Assembly (NCBI GenBank): GCA_964016885.1
Contig: OZ024741.1
Span: 14,570,001 to 14,634,000 of the forward strand
Origin: Eledone cirrhosa
Taxonomy: Eukaryota
Reading direction: 5' to 3'
DNA length: 64,000 bases
Shown in pieces: positions 55,357 to 64,000 of this stretch. The translations under genes were made by a program, and so were the position numbers. Within the stretch, counting starts at the first letter, position 1; each line of letters begins with the position of its first letter. The notes beneath the pieces are model-generated. The model was given only the letters and a program-made list of their open reading frames with translations. It did not search any database and was not told the origin of the DNA.

Positions 55357-57045
55357 CAACACACACAAACACACACCATACCACACACACAAACACACAC
55401 CACACTCACACACACACACACACAAACCCACCACACCACACACACAAACACACAAAACACACACCACACACACAAACACACACCACACTCACACACAAAC
55501 ACCCACCACACCATACACACACACAAACACCCACCATACCACACACACACAAACACCCACCACACACACAAACACACACTCACACACACACAAACACCCA
55601 CCACACTCACACACAAACACCCACCACACACACACACAAACACCAACCACAGCACACACAAACACCCACCACACTCACACACAAACACACACCACACACA
55701 CACACAAACACCCACTACACTCACACACAAACACACACCACACTCGCACACAAACACCCACCACACTCACACAAAAACACACAGCACACTCACACGCAAA
55801 CACCCACCACACTCACACACAAACACCCACCACACTACACACACAACCACACACCACACTCACAAAAAAACACACTTACACACAAACACCTACCACACAC
55901 ACACTCAAACACACCACACACACAAACATCCACCACACTCAAACACACACCACACTCACACACAAACGCTCACCACTCTCAAACACAAACACCCACCACA
56001 CCACACACACAAACACGCACCACACCACACACACAAACACCCAACACACCAAACACATACACAAATACCCACCACACTCACGCACAATCACACACCACAC
56101 CACACACACAAACACACACCACACCACGCCACAACCACACTTACACCCACCACACCACACACACCACACACACAAGCACCCACCACACTAACACACAAAC
56201 ACCCACCACACCACACACAAACACCCACCACACTCACACACAAACACCCACAACACTCACACACAAACACCCACCACACCCCCACACACAACTACACATC
56301 ACACTCACACACAAACACACAACACACTCACACACAAACACCCAATACACCACACACACAAACACCCGCCACACCCACACACAAACACACAAGACACTCA
56401 CACACAAACACCCACCACACTCAACACAAACACACCACACACACAAACAGCCACCACACCACACACAAACAGCAACCACACTCACACACAAACACCCACC
56501 ACACTCACACACAAAAATCCACCACACCACACACGCAAACACCCACCACACTCACACACAAACACCCACCCGACAACACACAAACACCCAACACACTCAC
56601 ACACAAACATCCACCATACTCACACACAAACACACACAACACTCACACAAACGCCCACCACACTCACACACAACCACACACCACGCACACAAACACCCAC
56701 CACACTAACACACACACACCCACCACACCCACACACACAACCACACACCAAACTCACACACAAACACCCACCCGACAACACACAAACACCCAACACACTC
56801 ACACAAACACCCACCACACAACACACAAACACCCACCACACTCAGACCCAAACACCCACCACACGACACCACACACACAAACACCCACCACACTCACACA
56901 CAAACACCCATCACACTCACACACATACACCCACCATACTCACACAAGAACACCCACCACACAACACACACAACCACACACCACACACCACACACACAGA
57001 AGCACCCACCACACTCACACACAAACACCCACCACACCACACATA
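55357..57045. repeat. Degenerate CA-rich minisatellite
   Basis: CACACAAACACCCACCACACTCA-like units. Confidence 0.9.
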
Positions 57046-57299
57046 CAAAAAAAACAGCAACAACACAGTACAATGAAGGAATGTATTAGTTTAACGTTTG
57101 ATATAGCTGGAAAAGTCATTACGTTTCGGACACTAGTGTTTCATCAAAAGATAGAATAAGAAATAAAACATGAAATATAAAGATAGAGAAGAAGAAGGGC
57201 CGGAAAATTTTTTTTGTGAAAAATCATGTTTGTATTTAATTAGCTATTCTGGGGATACACACACACACAAACAGAGAGACATATATATATATATATATA

Positions 57300-59668
57300 C
57301 TAGCAGAAGTACCCGGCGTTGCCCGGGTGTAAGTCGACCTTTGGTCTGTTGTTAAAATGTTTGAAAGTTACTTCCCGCGCATCACAGGTACAAAAACATT
57401 CGAACCTCAAAGAAAAAAACAGAGGTTAGTATACGCAGGTGTGTAATTGAGCATAAATAATGGATCAATTGTAGGTTCAGAGTGTATCGTTGAAATTGTT
57501 CTTTGCAAGACTGACGGAAGTCAAATTCACTTGAAATTGAATTTCAGTTGATTTTTAAAGCAGGGTTAAAAAGTCGATTTTTTTCAATTTGTTTTTGTTT
57601 TTTACAACTTTGGCGCTCACATGTGCAGAAGAAGAAATAAAGGGGACTTTATCTGAATCGCGGCATAATGGAGGAATCATTTGCGACAGTTTTCACGAAA
57701 ATCGGACGTTCCTGTAAAAAATTATCCCATCTGCAACTTTGCCTTGTTTTTTGCGCAAAGTCGAAACCCGCTTCAGTTTTATTGATTTTTTCATGAATGC
57801 GTAACCTCTGAAGTAGATTTGAGTAGCTAAAGACCTATCCCGGTAAATTTGCTATATGTGAAAAAAAGTTGATCAAAATTGCATCTAGGATTATTGCCCT
57901 TTGCAACAGCCTCAAGAACATGTAATTAAAAAGATTTACCATGGACTATCGTGCACGTTGGTATTGTGTTTAGCCTGCGAAAATCAGTGATCAAATGAGG
58001 CAACAATAAGCCATACTGATGACGTTTAAGCGGGTGGCAAGGAATTGATGCGGCATAGATAGCCATGGGAGTCTTGAAGGAGCACGGCGGTCAGGCAAAA
58101 GAAAGGGCCGAGGAGAGGATGGTGGCTGACAGTGCATGGAGGCGGCATCCTGAGGCATGAAGATGTAGTGGGGCGACGGCCAGCAGGCAAGGAAGAGGGC
58201 ATGGGTGGACGGTGGCAAGGATGCCGCATGGTGAGCCATGGCAGTCTTGAAGGAGCACTGCGGGCAGGAAAAAGAAAGGGCCAAGGAGGGGATGGCGGCT
58301 GACAGAGCATTGATGCGGCATGGTGATGCATGATGATGCAGTGGGGCGACGGCGTGCAAGGAAGGGAGATGGCCGGGATTGACGGTTGCAGGGATTCCGC
58401 ATGGTGAACCATGGCACTCGTGAAGGACCAAGTCGTGCGGGTAAGGGAGAGGGAAGGGGAGGGCATGGTGGCTGACAGAGCATGGATACGGCATGGTGAG
58501 GCTTGACGATGCAGTGGGACGACAGCGTGCAGGGAAGGGAGAAGGAAGGACTTGGTGGTGGCAGGGATGCGGCTGAGTTAGGCAAGGCAGTATTGAAGGA
58601 GCACGGCGGGCAGGCCAAAAAAATGGCTGAGGAGGGGATGGTGGCCGTCAGGGCAGTAATGCGGCATGGTGAGGCATGACGTTGCAGTGGGACGACGGCG
58701 TGCAGGGAAGGGAGAGGGCAGGGGTTGACGGTGGCAGGGATGCGGCTTGGTCAGGCCTGGAAGTCTTGAGCTCTCCCGGAGTGTAGGCAATGGAAATGGG
58801 CAGGGGTGGACGGTGGCAGGGATTCGGCATGTTGACCCGTGGGAGTCCTTAAGGACCACGGAGGGCAGGCAATGGAAAGGGCCGGGGAATGAATTGCAGC
58901 TGACAATGCAGAGATGCGCATGGTGATGCACAACGATGCAGTAGGTCGACGGCGTGCAGGGATGGGAGAGGGCAGAGTTTGACGGATGCCTCATTATGCT
59001 ACGGTAGTGGGACCACGGGAATGAAGGGAGCGCATGGAGGCTCGATGATCGCTTGAGAAGACTGGGTGTAATACAGGATGATGCGCGGCGGTATAGTGTT
59101 GATATTCCTTATATAAGAAATGGAAGAATCGGTATAGAAGGTTTGCTGAATATGGTGAGCGTTAATTTAAAGAGACTTACGGTGGATAATCCTGATAGAT
59201 TGAACATTTTTTGCATGGTGGGAGTCGCGACAAATGTAAGCAAGAAGAATGGCGTTTTTCGGTTGCCGGATTTTTGCCTCTGGGGGTCCGATTATCGATT
59301 TTCTTTTTACAATTTCAAGTATCCCACGTTAATCCCCGCATCAAAATACATACCTACGTCAAATTTCATTGGAATCAGACAAAATTCGTAAACATCGATG
59401 TTTGCCTTTGGTGATCCAATTATCGATTTTTCGAAAATTTAATGTAGCGCACGTTTATCCCCGAATCAAAATACACACTTGCGTCGATTTTCATCGATTT
59501 TTGAAAATATCGATTTTTTGCTTCTGGGGTCCCGATTATCGATTTTTCGAAATTTTCAAGAAGCCTATTCCACTCTACGCGTTGAGTTTTATATACGTGT
59601 GAGGTATCATGAAAATTGGATGAACTGTGTAGCATGCAAGTTGGGAACACCAAACAATGCCCATCTTC

Positions 59669-59685
<17 letters not shown>
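57300..59685 (-). mobile_element. Non-autonomous Helitron-like element
   Basis: Minus-strand 3' end: hairpin CCCGGgcaacgCCGGG, then CTAG (57300-57303) followed by T. Other end reads TATATATAAAGTGAAGATG; the 5' TC is not seen. No Rep/helicase ORF. Confidence 0.65.
58030..58990. repeat. GC-rich ~174-bp tandem repeat (~5.5 diverged units)
   Basis: GTGGCA(A/G)GGA anchors at ~58034, 58212, 58385, 58558 and 58731. Confidence 0.85.
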
Positions 59686-59751
<66 letters not shown>

Positions 59752-59758
<7 letters not shown>

Positions 59759-60225
59759 AAGAGTGAAGAGTAACATGGTTCGCTGTACAATAAGGGGCTT
59801 TATTTAAAGTACTGACAATTGTTTCGTTGATCAGGTGAGTCTAGAGTTCGCTATTCGCTTGAAGTTGCGTCACTCGATCTCCATATATACGTACTCTTAT
59901 GTGTTGACCAGAGGTAAATAATGTATTGGAGATCAAGCGATGCAACTTCAAGCGATTAGCGAACTCTTGACTCACCTGATAAACGAAACAATTGTCAGTA
60001 CTTTAAATAAAGCCCCTTATTGTACAGCCAACCACGTTACTCTTCATTCTTTAACTATTATTACTCCAAGTATAACCTGCATAGGAATTACCGCGATCTC
60101 GCTGCATAACTATGGAAGCATCTTGTTGAGTCAAACAAAGCCGTACGTTAAAACTATCCACGACGCAGAGTACTCACAACCTCTAACTGGATTACCTATA
60201 ACGATAATTTGTTTTCCCATATATA
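59752..60225. mobile_element. Fold-back element, family F, with degenerate hammerhead
   Basis: Arms ~59752-59883 / 59927-60058; GTACT-[CTTATGT]-long stem II-GAAA-CAATTG-TC-AGTAC at 59891-60001; AATAAA; tail to TA. Confidence 0.7.
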
Positions 60226-60237
60226 TATATATATATA

Positions 60238-60931
60238 TATATAGTAGAATAATCGAGAATCGGAAAAACAGCTCACGAATTAACGATAAACAATATCCGA
60301 TATGAATGGCAGAGGGCTCAATAATTTGGATAAATCAGAGCTATAACCATCGTTAAATTACCAACACATAGAGATCATGCCTAAAATCACCCGTGCAGCC
60401 GAAAAAGAACGACCAGGAAGATTCGGGTCACCAAACTAAAGTATCAATAAATCAATAAATTAAATGAATGTAAAAAACTTACCCGGGCCCGCTAGAAGTG
60501 TGTGAAATCTAGCTTCTTGGGTTTCTGCATTTCCTTAATCCATTCACTATCAGCCCACATAAAAAATATATAAGACTTCTAGAGAAGGACTGGACGCGGA
60601 AGAGCTTTCTCAACGGGTTCCGTCCGATAATAAAGAAGGGATCCTTAGCCAGAAACGCACATAGTACCCAGCAAGGGAGATAACCTCTATATTAGCGAAC
60701 AAATTTTGGTAATGTGCAAATTATGTAAGAATGCAAAATATCACATATCGAATCAGAGTGCTCAACAGACGTGTTAAAATAAACAGGAGCTATTAATCAG
60801 TCAATAAGATCGACAAAAAAATAATCAATAAAATTAACTGGTCAATAGCTAAGGTCTAGAGCTAAATATAGTAGAATAATCGAGAATCGGAAAAACAGCT
60901 CACGAATTAACGATAAACAATATCCGATATT
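60238..60931. repeat. ~628-bp unit with a ~65-bp terminal direct repeat
   Basis: ATATAGTAGAATAATCGAG..CAATATCCGATAT at ~60239-60303 and ~60866-60930. Confidence 0.85.
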
Positions 60932-61325
60932 ATAATTTACTAACTAGTCGTATGTATGTATGTATGTATGTAAGTGCGTACGTATGTATGTACGCATCAT
61001 TTATGTATGTATCAATATAGATGTATATGTAGTTACATTTGAACACTAAAATTCTCATATAGACATACGTATGTACATCCATATGTACATAACTATATAC
61101 ACACTTACACAGATTGCATATGATCGTTTGAATGTTCAGCAATATAGGAATGACCAGTCGTGTATTGAACAACATTGAAACGATCGTATAGAACAAGTCT
61201 TATATACACACACTCACGTACATACACATACACACACACACAGACACATATATATATACATACACATATATATATATGCATTTATATATGTATACAATAC
61301 AAGTATATTTATATCAGACATACGT

Positions 61326-62893
<1,568 letters not shown>

Positions 62894-62928
62894 AACATAT
62901 ATATATATATATATACATACATATATAT

Positions 62929-63012
<84 letters not shown>

Positions 63013-63116
63013 GTATAGGTATATAGATAATTAGATATGTATATATACTGTATATAGATATATAGATATAGATATACACACACACACATACACACACATA
63101 CACACATATATATATA

Positions 63117-63200
63117 CTAGCTGAGGTACCCAGCTTCGCCAGGGTTAACAAATGATAAGAGAAGACCGGCAGAATAGAAAACGTCTGTATTGAATGCATG
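63117..63200 (-). mobile_element. Helitron-like 3' terminus
   Basis: CTAG at 63117-63120 with a GC hairpin at 63129-63144, same layout as 57300; other end not located. Confidence 0.55.
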
Positions 63201-64000
63201 GCCTTATTTACTGTGTATGTGTATTGTGTGTGTGTGTATATGTATGTGTGTGTGTGAGAGCGTTCGTGAGTGTGTGTGTGTGTGTATATATATATATGTG
63301 TGTGCCTGTGTGAGTGTTCGTGTGTGTGTGTGTGTAAACCACGGTTGGAATCGGAGACATAGGCCGCGAAACACGATCATCACTGACAACGAACTCGCAG
63401 AGAGAATCCCTTATGGTTGATTCCCAGCCTGCTAGAAATAGCAGTCAGGTTGGTTAGCATATGTGGAATGTCTTTCTTCTTCTTTGGTGTTATAAAATTA
63501 GTATCAATAAACTTTCCTGGATATACTCTTATCCCAATCCTGTACATACTTTCCGATTGTCACTTTTCGTTTTTTTCGTGTGATACGCGAAGGAACCAAC
63601 CAACAAACATCTCTCTTTTATATCTTTTTTATTTGTTCATTCAAAATATTTTTCAGCTAATTCTGTCGTACAATATACATCAGCAAGAGTTATCTAATGT
63701 TTAAAACATGAATAGCTGCGATATATGCACCATATCATTCAAAAACGATATGAGACTTGAATACCATACTGAAGCACCAGTAAGCTTGCTCAGAACCTGC
63801 AGATAGAAATGTTAATAAATACAACATTTGGCTTGGGTAAACTCTAAGATGTCCTTTCATTGTAGGTTTCTTTTCTCAGCCAGTACGTTAAAGAAAATTG
63901 ATAGTTACGACAATAAAGGTTGAAAAAATTTTTTAACAAACTTTACAATAATTTGGACAACCATAATGGAAATTCAAAGTAACAGAAAATACATAAATTA

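Noticed and set aside
57115-57152. Minus-strand TTGATGA-AACACTAGTGTCC-GAAACGTA candidate
   Set aside because: Resembles a minimal Penelope-type motif, but stem I pairs poorly and there is no repeat context in the window.
57991-58994. Pro/His/Cys-rich ORFs
   Set aside because: Overlapping frames of a GC-rich tandem repeat with no conserved reading frame.

Overview
Repeat-dominated, AT-rich animal DNA with no recognisable host protein-coding exon. The SINE types and dense TA/CA/TAG microsatellites suggest an octopus or other cephalopod (inference, not a database result). Contents: several RTE-clade LINE fragments; one RTE element with a twin-priming-type 5' inversion; a CR1-type LINE with an uninterrupted 929-aa ORF; a Chapaev3-like DNA transposon; Helitron-like elements; two tRNA-derived SINE families; a ~610-bp bipartite RTE-derived non-autonomous element in 4-5 copies; and many mini/microsatellites that produce most of the spurious ORFs. 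The main signal, invisible in the ORF track, is a set of short non-coding elements in (TA)n tracts. Most are fold-backs (inverted repeats) carrying type I hammerhead ribozyme motifs (stem I-CUGANGA-stem II-GAAA-often palindromic stem III-UH-stem I'), usually followed by a poly(A)-signal-like hexamer. I count about 11 complete cores (including two CAGAAGA variants) plus degenerate or half copies, from at least 7 apparently distinct sequence families. They resemble Penelope pseudo-LTR-derived or retrozyme-like elements, but no Penelope RT ORF is in the window. All folds were assigned by eye, and element boundaries are approximate.
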